Shown: positions 49,901 to 64,000 of the stretch, in pieces
How positions within the stretch are numbered: position 1 is the first letter of the stretch
Layout of the letters: the number at the start of each line of letters is the position of its first letter
Origin: Catajapyx aquilonaris
Taxonomy: Eukaryota
Assembly: GCA_000934665.2 (NCBI GenBank)
Contig: KZ538511.1
Coordinates: forward strand, 1 to 64,000
DNA length: 64,000 bases
Direction of reading: 5' to 3'
Translations under genes and position numbers: made by a program
The notes under the pieces: generated by a model
What the model saw: only the letters and a program-made list of their open reading frames with translations
Told to the model about the DNA's origin: nothing
Database searches by the model: none

Positions 49901-52900
49901 TTCAGCTACCTAGTTATAATTAGCTTGATCTTCCTTACAATATAGGTACAATACTGTGAGTAGGTATTATGTAAACGAACCATGACCAATATTTGCGCAC
50001 AACCTATTTGAATTACGATCTGGACCAAGTCCCTTCAGCAAATAATAATGGTTGTGTCAATAAAGTCACTTTTCACTCCTTTGACTTCAGTTAATATGTT
50101 CTTCCTGGCTGGGTCGTAGTTCCAGAACAAGTAATGTTAGAAGCTGGTTAGCAAAGTTGGCCAGATTCCCCGAAATCAGAGAGATATTGGGCCATAGGTC
50201 CTACCAAGTGTCCAGCAGGGTCGACCACTGTAAGGTTTCGCGCCAGAGATAAAAGCTCAGCAGGCCGAATTCTGCGGTTTTTGCTCGACTTAAACCTCAG
50301 AATATTCTACCCCAACAGCCCGACACATTGTGCAGATTCCAAGACGCCTCTGGAATCCTTCTTGCAAAATATCCTGCACACTTACCCCTCTCCGGAGGGT
50401 ACGTCTGGTAGGATCTTGAAAGCGCAGTTGGAATTAGCCCGCATTCAAAATCCTCTGCGGGATTCAGATTTCCCCATGTAATCGGGGGGTGCCACATTTC
50501 CAAATGCGGTTCTTAAGTTCACCCTCTCCCATTTTTGTAACGTCATTCGTGCGTCATCTGCAGGTCCGGGTGTTAATATTCACATCCATAGCCTGAAACG
50601 TGATTTTTTGGAGGGTTCGTAAGTGATAGCAAGATTAGAGGACACGGAATGTAGGCCTGGTATTCGTCACGTGCCGGGTTAATTTAATGGCGGTGTAGGT
50701 TATTGTCTGTTTACCAAAGCTACATTATGCAGGCTGTGGCTAACGCGGCAGTTTTCATTTGAATATTATCATAGATGCATAATGCATGCGATTAAAATGA
50801 CGCCAACGACTTGGGCTGGACAACCTAGTATCACTGTCCCTTTATGCTTGCCCTTGAAGTACTGCGGAAAAGATTACGAATTTACGACCAATTGCAATAT
50901 CTGTCTGTAATTAACTCACTTTATTGTAATGGAATTGCGTTAAAATGTAGCAAACTGGAAGTGCAAAGTAGTTGACGACTTTGCCCCAAATGTTCAAATT
51001 GCATGATCTAGTTTGTCGCCTGTTTGACTGCTCTTGTGCAGTTCCCTAAGGCCAAATGGTCTTTCCCACGGACCAATTGACCAGAATGCCCTGCGGGTAG
51101 GCAGGTACACCGCCAATCAAGTCAACCCCTACGTTCAACTGAAATGCCCCTTGGCTCCTCGATCCGCACCATTTTATGCCTCCAAGCTAGCTGGACACAA
51201 CCATGATGGAAAAACCTCAGGGAACCACGTCGCTCCAAATCTGTCATGAATTTTGACACCTGCCTTTCATATTTTCATACCTATATAGTAGTAGTAGTGC
51301 TGAGTCTCTCATGAACTATTAGTAAAAATGGACGTGATTTATGACGGAGCGAAATTTAGTTCCGTACAAACCAGCAGATGTCGCTGTTCGACACTAGAGA
51401 CATCCGCGGATTTTGAACAAACCTTCTCTTGACGTCACTGTCTTTTTGCTCGGGACTTTTCCTGAGAAAAATGGTCACTAGGCTGCGGTGTGCGGTGTGG
51501 AAAGAAGGTGTTGGCTAGGAGTGATGAAGCGATGCGTCCCCCAAAGGACATCGGCGTGCGGGGAACTAACTGACTAATTAGCCCTTCGCTTAATTCTGCC
51601 GGGGTCTCCAGACAATAAAGGCTTGCAACAGGGACTGTTTCCCTTCTCTCCACCTCTCAACTCCCAATCCGCAAATCCCCTTCAACCTGCTCTCCACTTC
51701 TCATTAGAAAAGCCTTGCAAAAACCTGCAGCATAGAGTAGTCAACTGTCAAGCAAAGGATATAACATTGTCTTTGTGGAACTCCACTGTCGGTATGCGAC
51801 GATACATATGGTCTTAGGGGTGATACTCCATTGTGGAACAAGCTTACCAGCAGGAATGTCTACTGTGAGAAGCTGCAGAAGCAGCAATTATGTGCAACAA
51901 TGAGCATTATATTCTGTACATTATCAGCCTGGTAGAATCTCACATTCCGAATTATACAAGGAATTTACTCATGTGTAAATTTTTATCATTGAGTGCACTC
52001 TAACCTTTTAGAGCCAGGCTTGAATCCCACCCTTAGAGAGATATAAGCAAGCACTAGGTGTGCCTGAAAAACTTGCACAGATTAGATTTAGCCCTTCCTT
52101 TCCTCATCCTACTCTGTTCATACCAATCTCGGAAATCCCTTCCCAAACCAGATCGCGATTGATTCTTGGTCCTGGCACTAGAATCGCAATTGATTGGACC
52201 TGAATCCCTTCTTCTGCTGGGTCGAACAGATGCAACCTGACACTTAAGGACTAGCGCTTTTTTTTTTGTACCAAGCTTGGCTCCTCTTTTTTTTTATTAT
52301 TTCTTGCCCTGAAAGCAGCTGCTATCGAGTCATAACTTATCTTCGCGTCTCCTTCCTTAAATAACTTAATTTTGACTACCTCCGAGTGGATGACTAGGTA
52401 TATTAGTTGGCGACACTTACCGAACGGAAACTTGATCCTACCACGGATTTTCCATCAAGGGAGCAAATTTGGATCCGGTTTGATATCCGGGTATGTGATG
52501 TGGCTGACAGCACTGCCCTTTTGGACGGATTTATATGGCACTAGTTTGCTACAGTTATTTCCAGCTGGGGGGAAAAAAAAGCCGACGGAACCTTGATCTC
52601 GGCGGCGTCTTTTAGTGCCTATATCATTGCGATCGTAAAAATATTTAATGTCAACTCCCTGACATCATATGCCACGCAACTTATAGGAAAACCTCAGAAT
52701 GTGAAGTAACTTGCTCTACGTGCTCTTATGAGTGAAATACGCAAATATTTTGACACATAATTTTGACCAGGTATTTTCCATGACGTATTTGGTGAACCAT
52801 TGTGTATGGTGTATGCCATTGGTCTTCGAATGTTCCAAGAAATGAATAATTCTTTAGTGTGAACACCTTCAAGATCATCCTAGGTCCATATTCAGATGGC

Positions 52901-55900
52901 TTACAGGACCAGAGCCTGTCGTGATTTCTGATACAGTTGAGCACACCTAAGCCACGAAGAAACCCTAACAGTGTCCACTATCCACCAAAAAAATGTGCTG
53001 CATAAGCCCTCTTCCACTACGATTCCAAAAGTGATGGACATTATCAGCAAAAATATGCCAGCAACCCTGACAGATTTGAATCCTGAGCATTGCACATTTT
53101 CACACTCTCTATTCAGCCAAAATGATGCATTATGGGGCTTGGCTTTTCACAGTTGTCATCCTGCATAAAAGGGATTCACTGTCAACAAGTTACCGCGCCT
53201 TTGCAAAACTTTTCCGCCAAATTTCGAAAAGTTAGGACATTATATGCTGGGAGCCCTCTTTGAAGACTCATCTTGCTCGAGAGTAACAAGCCAAGCCGCC
53301 ATTATCGGGTTATTATCCAACACTGCAAGTTCCATGCTCGAGTATCGTCCTAATATGCCATTGTGATACATATTATGCGATGTGGGACAGTACACTATTA
53401 GTGACGCTGTTTTAACATTAGGCTGAAAATTCAACAATAGGCGACCACTATTGGTGGGAAAAAATTCGGGCCAGTGACTTTAGGCTTCATCAAAATGAAA
53501 GAAAGGTTAATTACATGGAGGGAAGCGAGAAGGTGGAGTAAAAGTTGGCGCTTAATCATCTGAAAATGAAGAGATAAGCGCCTGGGTTGGGTAATGAGAG
53601 GTAAAGTGGGATGGTCTATTTCCTTCAATTTTCAACCCCCGAGTGGTCTGAGAACAAAATCAAGGAAGAGAGAAAAAAAAGGGAAGGTGAACCTCCTTCA
53701 GTTGGATGATTCCCAAAAAAGAAGAGAAAAGGACCTAGAGAAGACGGCGGAAGTAGCTATGCCGGAACCCCTTATTAATTCAATTGACTGTGCCTCGTGT
53801 CAAATGGACACCATTTAGGGACTTTGGTATGGCTTCGTTCGTCGACATTTCCAAGAGTCTGTCCCTTTTTTTGAGTTTTCTTCATTCTGTGTGCACTAGC
53901 TGCAAGTTAGTCTCTAGTACACTATAGGTCATTGGACTTTCGAGAAGAATCATTCCCTGGAGTTTATGGTGAAGCACTCGTAACATGTATGAGCAATTCA
54001 AGACTGTAAATGGGCAATACCATTCTTATGTAAAAAATATATATACAATTTATTCGGCGGTCAACGACATTTTGGCAGTGGTTGTATGCAAAACAAGATT
54101 TTTATTCGGACCCAGACCCACCAGACAACATTTCCTTTCTCATGTGTTGGTCATAATGCCTCAACTTGATAAAAGTCGTTCATCGATGTAAACACCGTAA
54201 AGCCCAACAAGAGGCTAAAATTTGTCTTTTACTTGAGCAAATAAAGCCCCTTATTTATTCTAATTTTTTCTAGAAAAAAAATATATTTCGACTTGCAAAT
54301 ATCCGGAGAGAAAACTGTCATGTCAACATGTTTAATTGACCTATTTAATATGCCCAACAAGCTTGGAGTGTAGAGTGAAAAAAGCTGTAAACTCAATCGG
54401 GATACTCGGGCTGCGTATCCTCTAGGAAATTGCGGCAAAGTGCACACCAGTGTTGCCATGTCGCTGTCGATCCGAAAAAATGGGTGTAAATACAAAGGCT
54501 CTTTATTCACGAAGCAATTGTTTTATTGTGAGGCATTTGTCAATTATACACTTCAAGTGTAGTTATTTATAACCAAATGCGATTGTAAGAAACTGGAGTT
54601 TATAATAGAAGTAGGCTAGGGTAGGAGTCAACCGCACATACTGTAGAGCTCTCCTTTCCTGCTGCAATAACAAATCACTTCTGGGCTCATTATCTTCATT
54701 TCATGCAATCAGATCACTCCAATCAACCGCTCGGCACACTCAACTTGGACTTGTGACACCACCATTCAATTACTGAAATGAATTTCTCATTGCACTTCAT
54801 TCGAGGGATGTCTTTAAAGTGGAACTACCAATGTAAGTGGAAGTTTACAATAGTATTAAATTTGATTTCCAAATATTATTTTACCATGTCTGAAATTATA
54901 GTTGAACAGCTTCTAAAATAATCCATGTTTGAGGAGATTGAATGTTTTCGGTTATTCACTTTAGTTATTAAGACGAGGCATACCAGTAGGGATTTATGAC
55001 CACTATAAAGTGCCGGTATAACGTACAGTACCATTTTAGGAAAAAGTGAAACAAAAAAAATTAATACAACTGAGAGGCCCATAAATCGTAGACCTCAAGA
55101 GGCATATAAATTATTAGAGTATGTCTTTCCTATTTTATTTTTTTTGAGGTTCGGCTCGTAACACCAAACTTCAGAAGTGCTAAAATGCACTTGCCCGGTT
55201 GCCTTTTATTTTTTCCGAGTGAAATAAATGCAAATGCTGAGAACTGTGGTTTAGTCCCATGCGTTTTGTTTTGCAGTCTGAGCACGTCTCCAATCTCGGC
55301 CTTGCAAGGAGAGAACCCGTCACCCTTTCTGTATATTCCACGCATCCTACATTTGGATACCATTCGGATGCTGCACTCGTACGAAAATGCAAGATCATCA
55401 CCTGAAATTATGTAATTTTATGTGCAAACTGTCGCTGCTGGTTTGAACTTTATTCATTATGAATATAACCACATATATTAAGTTTAGTTTGCTAACAAAC
55501 ACGTGGGTACTAATTTCATCCTGCGCGGCATGACACCCACAAACCTCTTGTGTTTTGTGGTTTGCCGACGGGTAGGATATTTTTGTTGCAGCCTGTTAAA
55601 TTAACATGTAATGAATCTGCAAATTTAAAATAAAAAACAAGCTTGGAGTAATTTGTAAAAATTCCGTTTTTTGAACCACATATTGTTGTTATTATTGTAT
55701 GTTGTCATCGAGGAAAGTAACCATTCATTAGATATTAGAAGAAAGAGTAATGGGGGCACATTTTATTGAAGTTATTTATAGAAGTTAGAAGCAATATGTA
55801 GATTGCAAAAATAAATACTAAAAAATCCCGTACAATGTACATCCACACAATATGTTATTTATATCTATTTATAGAGCACATACATGCTGCGGATTTCCCC

Positions 55901-58900
55901 CCAGGTATTTTAAGCCTATTTGTCAGAGAGTCATATTCAATCACTGCACTGGCTTTACTGTGTACAGGATAATCAGGCTTTTACACTGGCCTTTCAAACA
56001 TCCAGTGTAAACGAGTGTAAACATGGAATTTTTGTGACTGCTTCATCATCCGGCTGCTTCAGAGTTCCATTTTATTTGGATTTTCCATTTTATATATAAT
56101 TTAATTTACTCATACAGTAGTCGTTTACTATTATAGCAGATTGTGTGGCAAGTTGATTATAGATACATTCATGGCGGTATAAAAACAAGATGTGGGAAGC
56201 AGTGAAATTGTATCGTCGCGTCGGAGAGGACCACCATGGCAACAGAAAAAATATGTCTAAAGATAAAAATAGAAATGTCAATCACAGGAAATCTCCGCTA
56301 GGTCTTCAGGAAGCATCCTGCTCTGAATAATTTTCATATCAGCCTGAGTGGCACTTTACAAAGTTGAAAGAGCTGCTGTGATTTCTTGTGTACCTCAACA
56401 ACATCTCTGATGCGCGATGACTAAGCACTTATGTGAAAACTGGTGAGATAAATTACACAAGGGTGAAAAATTAATAACTTTGATTGGGATTTTCTTCACA
56501 CTCTTGTTATCGAAAGGTCACCATACATGAACCATATCTGTCATGTTAAAATTAAGCAACTCCCCAACCTTTAAAAGTGTGCAATTATTCCGAAAATAAT
56601 GAGCCGTGTGGTCAAAAAAAAGATAAGAATAGCTTGAAATGAATGCCATTGTCAGTCTAATTAGTCCATGTGCGCAGATAAGTAAGTTTGTCTGACACGA
56701 CAGACAATCCATCCGAGTTCATTAACTAATTCGCAAACAGCTGTGCCTAGCTCCATTCTGTGATAATTGTTACGTTACGCGAAGAACCATGGTGTCTAAC
56801 TATGGAGTAAACATGAGATGTTCGAAAAAAGGGAAAGGTTTAAAGTCTTCGAGTTAAATTTTGAATCGCCATTTTCATATATTAATGAACAGCTTCTGAG
56901 TGTGACATAATCACTTATAAACACCATTTAGTTGCTCTTAAAATCATTATATAACTACAATAATGTTTCAGTGAAAGAGCGCTGTACTAATTTGTTCGTT
57001 CCTCATCAATTGAGCCGATATTTTCCCAAGGTTCATACTAATTGCCCACCAACATTGTTAGCGACGCAATTAACAATGTTGATCAGTGTCGTACGTAATT
57101 TTTAGAGAGATTGCAGCAACGCATTATTTGTTTAATTTTTGTAATGAGAAGTGACACTTGACTTCTTTTTTTAAAAACCGCATGAGTTATTGTTGATCGT
57201 ACCGAAGGTCGCATTTGAACTCATTAAAGATGCCTCACCAACAATGTTGTGTTTATGTAATATTTGAACTTAGCTTCACTTACTGAAGAGCCTTTGATCG
57301 TGTTTAATGATTGGCAGAATTTGATTGACATTCTCCTGAGTTTCTCCAACGGATCGTATTGACCACATAGGCTCATTGGAATTAGTTTCGCTAGCATTCA
57401 TATTTCTTCAAAGAGAGACGAGTATTAATTAATTACCGGCAGCATTTATTACATGTTGGATTCAAATCTCATTCGGAATATTTGCAGCAAAGGGATATAC
57501 ACAGTACAACGTAGGATACCCCAATACCCAACGGCAATATTGATGTAATCTTCGAATAATGACACAACGCACATATGTGGATATGAATGTACTCTATCAA
57601 GGGAATTATCATACACTACACTTTTAAGGACAAGTACATGAATATTTCCGGCTCAATGCACTAAATTACATTAGTTTACATCCTTTTTCTTTTGTACAAA
57701 TTTGCCTTCTACTTCAGACCTCTTAGGTACCGTATATCAAAGTAAAATATACCAGACGCATCTAAGTGAGCCCAGAAGCACTATTTGTTATGTAAAGGGT
57801 GTTAAGTTGTGGCGTCGACTTGATGAGATTCAGCATGAAGCAATTTAACACTAGGAGACTAGAGTCTGGTGAGAGACTTTATCCGGATGCAAATAATTTG
57901 CACGAACAGTAGCCTTTGCTGGCAGCTGCAAGGCAATATGATTTGCCACATGGTGGCAAAGCAAATCTACCAATTTCAGGACAAACTACAGCAGTGAGTT
58001 ACAAACGCATATTTTGATCATCTCATGTACTTTACCCATCAATTTGGGTAGAAGTTAACTTTTCAATTTGGTTCAAAGAAAAGTTTTTGTTATGAACATT
58101 AATTTTGAACAGGCACTCGGAGTACTCTTTTATACGATGTAGATATTTTGCAAGGTAATTCAAAGTAATTTCAACTACGCCACAGAATGGGTTTGATTCA
58201 TTTTTTTGTTGGCAACCATTTGAATGCATCTGTGGGTCACCCTTGACTCAGCCCTGTCATGTACTGTACATTACCTAACAGCATCAAAGCAAACCTTTAA
58301 TATGTTGAAGTGCCTATCAATGATAAGTTGATTTCCCAGCTGCGTCGCTAATCAGTTTGGTTTAGTTTTAAAACACAGAGGCAGGCAAGCGTCTGACAAA
58401 CTCGATTCCGCAATGTCTACAAAGGCTAATTTCCGAATCTATTTTCAAACACTGTCAATGGCAACTCTGGCAGGCATATGCGGGGTGTTGACCAAAAGGC
58501 TGATGGAGAGCGAGTTCTGGCAAAGCCCCTCTACAGTTAGCTCAATGGCAATAACCAAGGCTGACAAGTAGCATGAATCAATTGGTCGTCTTCATCCACC
58601 CGGGGCACAGCACCGCCGATACACGACCAGAGAGTGAGCCACGACGATAAGCGTATGCAGATCAGGCTATGACGTGACACTCCTCTCATTCGTGCGATTA
58701 AGTTGTTACACAAGTGGGTTACGTGAAATGGGATCATGATCAGACCGGAACATTGTTAATGACTTTTTTGGTGTGATAATTGGCCCAATTTTTTGGTCGG
58801 TAATGCCCCAAAAATAAAATTTGATATCAGTACTATTGGTTAACTTGTTATCAGGTCACGTTAATGTACCTACTGGTAAGTGCTTCTACGAAACATTTTA

Positions 58901-61900
58901 ATGTGCGAATAGTTTTTGTTAGAGTAGCACGCTAATGCCCAGTATGTGAACATCACGCACTTGCATATTTCACCATATTGATTGCACCATTGCCCCGTGG
59001 TTATTTTCTTTGGCCGAGTTAGTTGAATATTAAAAGCATTTGCAAGATCGGGTTAGACAAATAATGGATTGTAATTGCAAGACGGTTAATCCCGGATATC
59101 TATTCTGCTCTACATTTACAAACGACCGCGATCGCTTGCTAAATTGCATGTGCTTCTCGAAAAGCATTTTGGAGGTCGTTTCTGTATAGTCCGAACAAGG
59201 TTATTACACCAATCCATATTAGACGTCAGATAAGTATGGGTCGCACTTATCTGAAGGATGAAGGTGATTGTATCGGTGATTACCAAACTACATTAAAAAT
59301 TTAATTCAAACCTACTCACTGACGCTTTTCCGATCCTATCTTTTGGTCTAACACTTAAAATATTGGCGTTGTTCAACTACTTTCTGCATGCATAATATCA
59401 AAGGCTTAAAAATATCTCACGGAACATTAAAGGGGACCATTTGCACCCGGAGAAGCGTGGGACAATTTTTTTCCATATTGAACGTTCTCTCCCAGAAATA
59501 AATTCACTCCAAAGAAACGCCCACACGAAAATTAATGATATTGTGGGAATTTGTGAATATTTGTACGACTTTTTCATATGCAAAATATTTTCAATATATG
59601 CAAAAAAATTATCTAATTGTTCCTAACTTAATTACATGACGGTAGCACATGCATAACAATTAAGTGCAGCAATTGCCTCCAGGTCTTTATTGTATCCGTT
59701 GCAACACAAACTCTATTACGTGTCATGCTGCTAAGCCAGCTTATTATCTGACACTTGTTTCGCGAAATTCAGCGTAATTTCAGTTTAGAAACACAGAGCT
59801 TGCACTACCCTCGGGACTAATTAGCACCTTAGGAATGGTCATGTAACAATTACGGGCTTTCCTGTTCACCGATGCTTCTCAGAATCCAGCCTAAAGGCTC
59901 TTTGAAGCCTTAGTTAAGATAGCTATAGCTGTTTTGATCTCCCTAAATGTAATTGGAACTAGTTTAGGTATGAATCTGAACCTCCATGTTTGGTCAAAGG
60001 CCATTTTGTAAATGAAATTGCAAGGTTATATCTATGAATTTTGGATCAAAGTAATAAAGTGGATTGCATGCTGGAGGGTCAACTATGCCCACGAAACAAA
60101 GACCCTCTATTTATCATTTAACGTGGATTCCGCTTTGTCAGATTTGCCACCCCTTTGGGACCAGCCAAGCGCTCCATGAAAGCCTCTCTGATGCATATAA
60201 TTCTTAATAGCAACTACATACAATTTTAATAAGATATTCAATTAGAACCTGAAAAGGCTTAGCCCGCCCTTTTTTTTGTTGTATTTGAATACGAAATCTT
60301 GATTCCAAAAGGATGAATTCAGTAAATGGTGGATTTGCCCATACCGATATCGAGCAAAATGTTAAAACCAGTTCTGCCGACTTAAACCGCAAAGAGTTTC
60401 CGACTATTGCCTCATTTAGATTCCATTAACGTAACCGGTCGGGGATTTAAGATTTTTGAGCAAAATCGGTGAGTTGTGCAAAAACCCTATTGGGAATAAT
60501 CCAATTTTAGCATAATAGTTTGTCTATACAAACTTCAAATGATCCCCCATTTATCTGGATCATTTGGAAATGCAGACACTATTATGGTCCAACCCCGCCA
60601 GAGGCAAAAACTAATTTTGTTCGGATGTTCCGAAAACTGATTTTATTGCTAAACCCCCTTAGGGGGTTCTGAGATGGCACAAGATACAGAAAAGCTGGTT
60701 TTGCTGTAGTTGATATGATTTATTTGTTGTAGCATGTTTTGCAATAGTTTGTCACGTCCTGGAACCACTCTATTGAAAGTTTGCTGTTGGCTCCCATAGG
60801 GGAAGGATTTCCCATAGGGACAGTGAACACAACCTAATAAATTTAAACAACTGTTATTTTTGGCTTCCTCAACAAAATTGGCACCTACCTTTTCTTTTAA
60901 GTTGACAAAAAGTTGGATGTCACTCCTATGTACATTCCGTCTCAGCTGACCCCTGCAATAGTGTGCTCACTAACTAAAATAGATTCAATCACTGTCAATA
61001 TCAAGGGGGACCAGAAATAATTTGCAGAAGATCGGGAGGAAGCAGAGGAGCAACTGTGGCGCGGATTATTGGAACAAGGGGATGGAGGGGAAATAGTAGT
61101 TGGCGGCGACTCAGGGAGGGAGGGAGTGACGCTTTTGGGGTTGGGTGGGTTCAGGATAGTGTGGGGAGGGAGACGCAGGCGTGGAGTTTTGGTGGCGTCA
61201 CAAGAAGAGCGTCACCATCCCCAAGGGACGGTGAATCTCTTCGGCATTTATGGCTCCCTGATTAGCAACATGAGGTGTATTTTCTAGGGTGTTATCAGCA
61301 GGCGTAATGGACAAAAAGTTAAAGTTGGGCATGCAACATCGATTCCCGTTTTTTGCATACAGTGTGAGACTGCGTGCACAAAAAGCTGAAGTCAGCACTT
61401 TTGATATACGAATAGCATCTAATTTGTAATTCAATGATCCGAACTTCGGATGTGACACCATGATTCAGTAGTCCAATCCAAGACGATTGATCGTCGGAAG
61501 AGCAACCCTCAGTTGTTACTTTTTTATCTAATTTTTACACCCTTGTTAAGTTTACGATCCACAAAAGCTGACCAAACGAGCGTCTTTGGTCTCCAAACTC
61601 GCTGCCGGTGACCAATCTTTGCTTTATGAGCTCGCAGCCATTATGTCCCATTTCAGACTCCATCCAGCTTAAGGTGTGTGTCTCTATTGCTCACCAAACT
61701 AGTTCCTTTGTGTTGCTCCAGCTTCTGTTTACGTCTTCTCTCTACCCCATTATGGCCATCCTTGCTCTAGAATCTTTCATTTTCTGACACGTTTACTTAC
61801 TTTCAGTCCTTGGCTCTCCATTTGAGGGTAATAACATTGGGTGCTGTTTACCTGAAACGGGCTGAACATCCCAAATTGGTAGATGTTCCAATTCAGTGGA

Positions 61901-61937
61901 ATTTTTCGCAGTCTGCATTCTGTAATAGTTTGATTCA

Positions 61938-62238
61938 ACCTTACCTTATATCTTACCTTATAACCTTACCTTATAACCTTACCTTATATCTTACCTTATA
62001 AGTTTATAACTTTACCTTATATATTACCTTATATATTACCTTATATCTTACCTTATAAGTTTATAACTTTACCTTATATATTACCTTATATATTACCTTA
62101 TATCTTACATATAAGTTTATAACTTTACCTTATATATTACCTTATATATTACCTTATATCTTACCTTATAAGTTTATAACTTTACCTTATATATTACCTT
62201 ATATATTACCTTATAAGTTTATAACTTTACCTTATATA
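61938..62238. repeat. AT-rich minisatellite built from ttaccttata units with a ~57-bp higher-order period
   Basis: The agtttataac marker recurs at 62001, 62058, 62114, 62171 and 62216. Confidence 0.95.
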
Positions 62239-64000
62239 ACACCTTTATTGCCTTATTTGTGCGATAATGTGACACTAGGGTGTGTATTGCTGGTTCGGGA
62301 GTGATATAAATAGAAATGGGATGCATCAGTAATTCCAACGAAAATATAGTCTTTTCTATCCTACTGTGCTCATAAAGGAGACATGTAATCCTCTACATTC
62401 AGGTTCGTAAACATCCTCCTCATTAGGACCGTTATACCTTAACTTCCAACTTATATTATGCCATATTTATATACAAATTGAAATTACGTAACTCATTAGT
62501 TAATAAAATCTTCCCACGCAGTTATTCGCATGAAAGTTAGAAAATATGATTGTTTTGGGTAAGTCTGAGAATAGTGGCCAAGGGATCAAAGCGTTGGTCC
62601 AACGTCATTAAACTAGCAAATGAGCTCGAGCTAGAATGAAAAACAGGTGCCAACTGGCAGCTCCTCGCCCACTTTCAAATTTGCTCCCTTACGCTCTCCT
62701 TTAATGAGGAAACCTCGTTAACCTCTTCCCGACTGTTTGCAAATGAGGATCCAGTCTTAATTTCCTCCCTGACTTTGTTGTTTAGCTGCGTCATTGTGCT
62801 GAGTCCTTTTTGCAAAACTTTAGGAAAATAGCATGAAATTGCATGCGAATACATATTGCGTGAGAAATTTTCAGCATGTTTCCCACGATTCAATGGGCTT
62901 ACTTGGTTCATTAGAAATCGACTAAATAGACTAATACCTAGAGACACCGTGACATTTTATGACACGACATATTGCATGCTGTGACCTTATCCTCGTTAAT
63001 TAAAAACCGTATTTCAGTATCAGCATTTCTATGTACCTTTTGATGCTTTTGGCACTGTGAGGTTTAACAGATTTTGCATCGCTGCTTTGAATAAAATAGT
63101 GCCAAATGCAAATTATGCGTGATTATGACGTAAGTCATTAGAACATTTTAAACTAGCAACGCTAATGTAAATCATGTACTTATTTCCATTTCTATGAATC
63201 AGTGAATTGAACTGATTCAATCAACCCTTTTTTTCTTGGATATGTGTCTATAGCCCCCCCTGGATCCCAGTGGAATATAGGCCGACATTTGAGCGTCAAA
63301 GGCCGCCTTCACGTCGTCGTCGCATTTGAATTGGCCCGTTTCCGATGAAAATAAGGCGCTCTGAACCGGGATTCGTCTTTCTGGATTAGTTATGGGAATG
63401 GTGCGTGGACGTTGCCAGATTCCCGGGGCAAAAGCAGCGTTTATGTTGAGAGCTCTGTTTCGAGTCGTGAACAAAGATATGTAAATATTTAAAAGCAAGC
63501 TTTGCTGCAGGCAGGAAGTTCATTAAATCCCCGGTCCGGTTGGCAACAAAACGGGTGGAATATCTTCCAGCGCGTGATGAATCAGTCCTGCTTAATTAAA
63601 CTGTCTCTGGGTCAAGATAATTACTGCAGTGTACATGTAGCTACGTATGACATTGTAATATTCCTTCCCAAAATTCATACAGCGTACCGGTATCTAAAAA
63701 TAAATTATTTTAATCTAATTGCACATATATTGCTAATCAATATCCTGCACAAGACGATTACTGGATTTGAAAATTCCCATCACTCGTCAATAGCATAAGC
63801 CTTCTCCTTTAGTGCCATTACACGTCAGGGTTCTATAATTGAAGATAAATGTCCATGGGACGTCGAAGGTTTATTCCTGCGCATTGAGCATGGCGGCGGT
63901 GAATGAGACCATTGATCAGGAATATTTTGGTGGAAAGGGGCAGGTTTTTTTGGTCGTGTCCTATGACACTGAACAAGGTCCAAAAGGGAGAAAAACTGCT

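Noticed and set aside
63217..63498. FKCDDDVKAA motif reminiscent of a mariner transposase C-terminus
   Set aside because: An isolated short match without the upstream YSPDLAP motif or terminal repeats.

Overview
Eukaryotic genomic DNA from an arthropod, probably a hexapod (inferred from the FMRFamide receptor, a PGRP-like domain and 59-61 nt introns). It has spliceosomal GT-AG introns, many MITE and transposon remnants, and two ambiguous spots (25 N at 17539-17563, one N at 24590). Genes reconstructed by hand with phase-consistent splice sites: the 5' part of nardilysin (minus strand, runs off the left end), an intronless mpaB/DUF2236-type oxygenase-domain gene (minus), a three-exon FMRFamide receptor GPCR (minus), a divergent non-catalytic PGRP-like gene (plus, 5' end unresolved) and, 1.8 kb downstream of it, an 11-exon NACHT-LRR (NLR-type) gene of about 1360 aa (plus). 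The NLR is the main finding. In place of a recognisable death-fold or TIR domain, its N-terminus has a lipidation-type start (MGGICSTC-KKSK), a low-complexity linker, a beta-TrCP-type degron (DSGIDT) and a RHIM-like amyloid motif (HHFGSVSATNVQIGDKTNI). Together with the neighbouring PGRP-like gene and kappaB-like sites, this suggests a candidate RHIM-signalling NLR immune module in an arthropod. The right-hand 28 kb has no gene I can support with confidence. All family assignments come from motif recognition by eye; no database searches were run.
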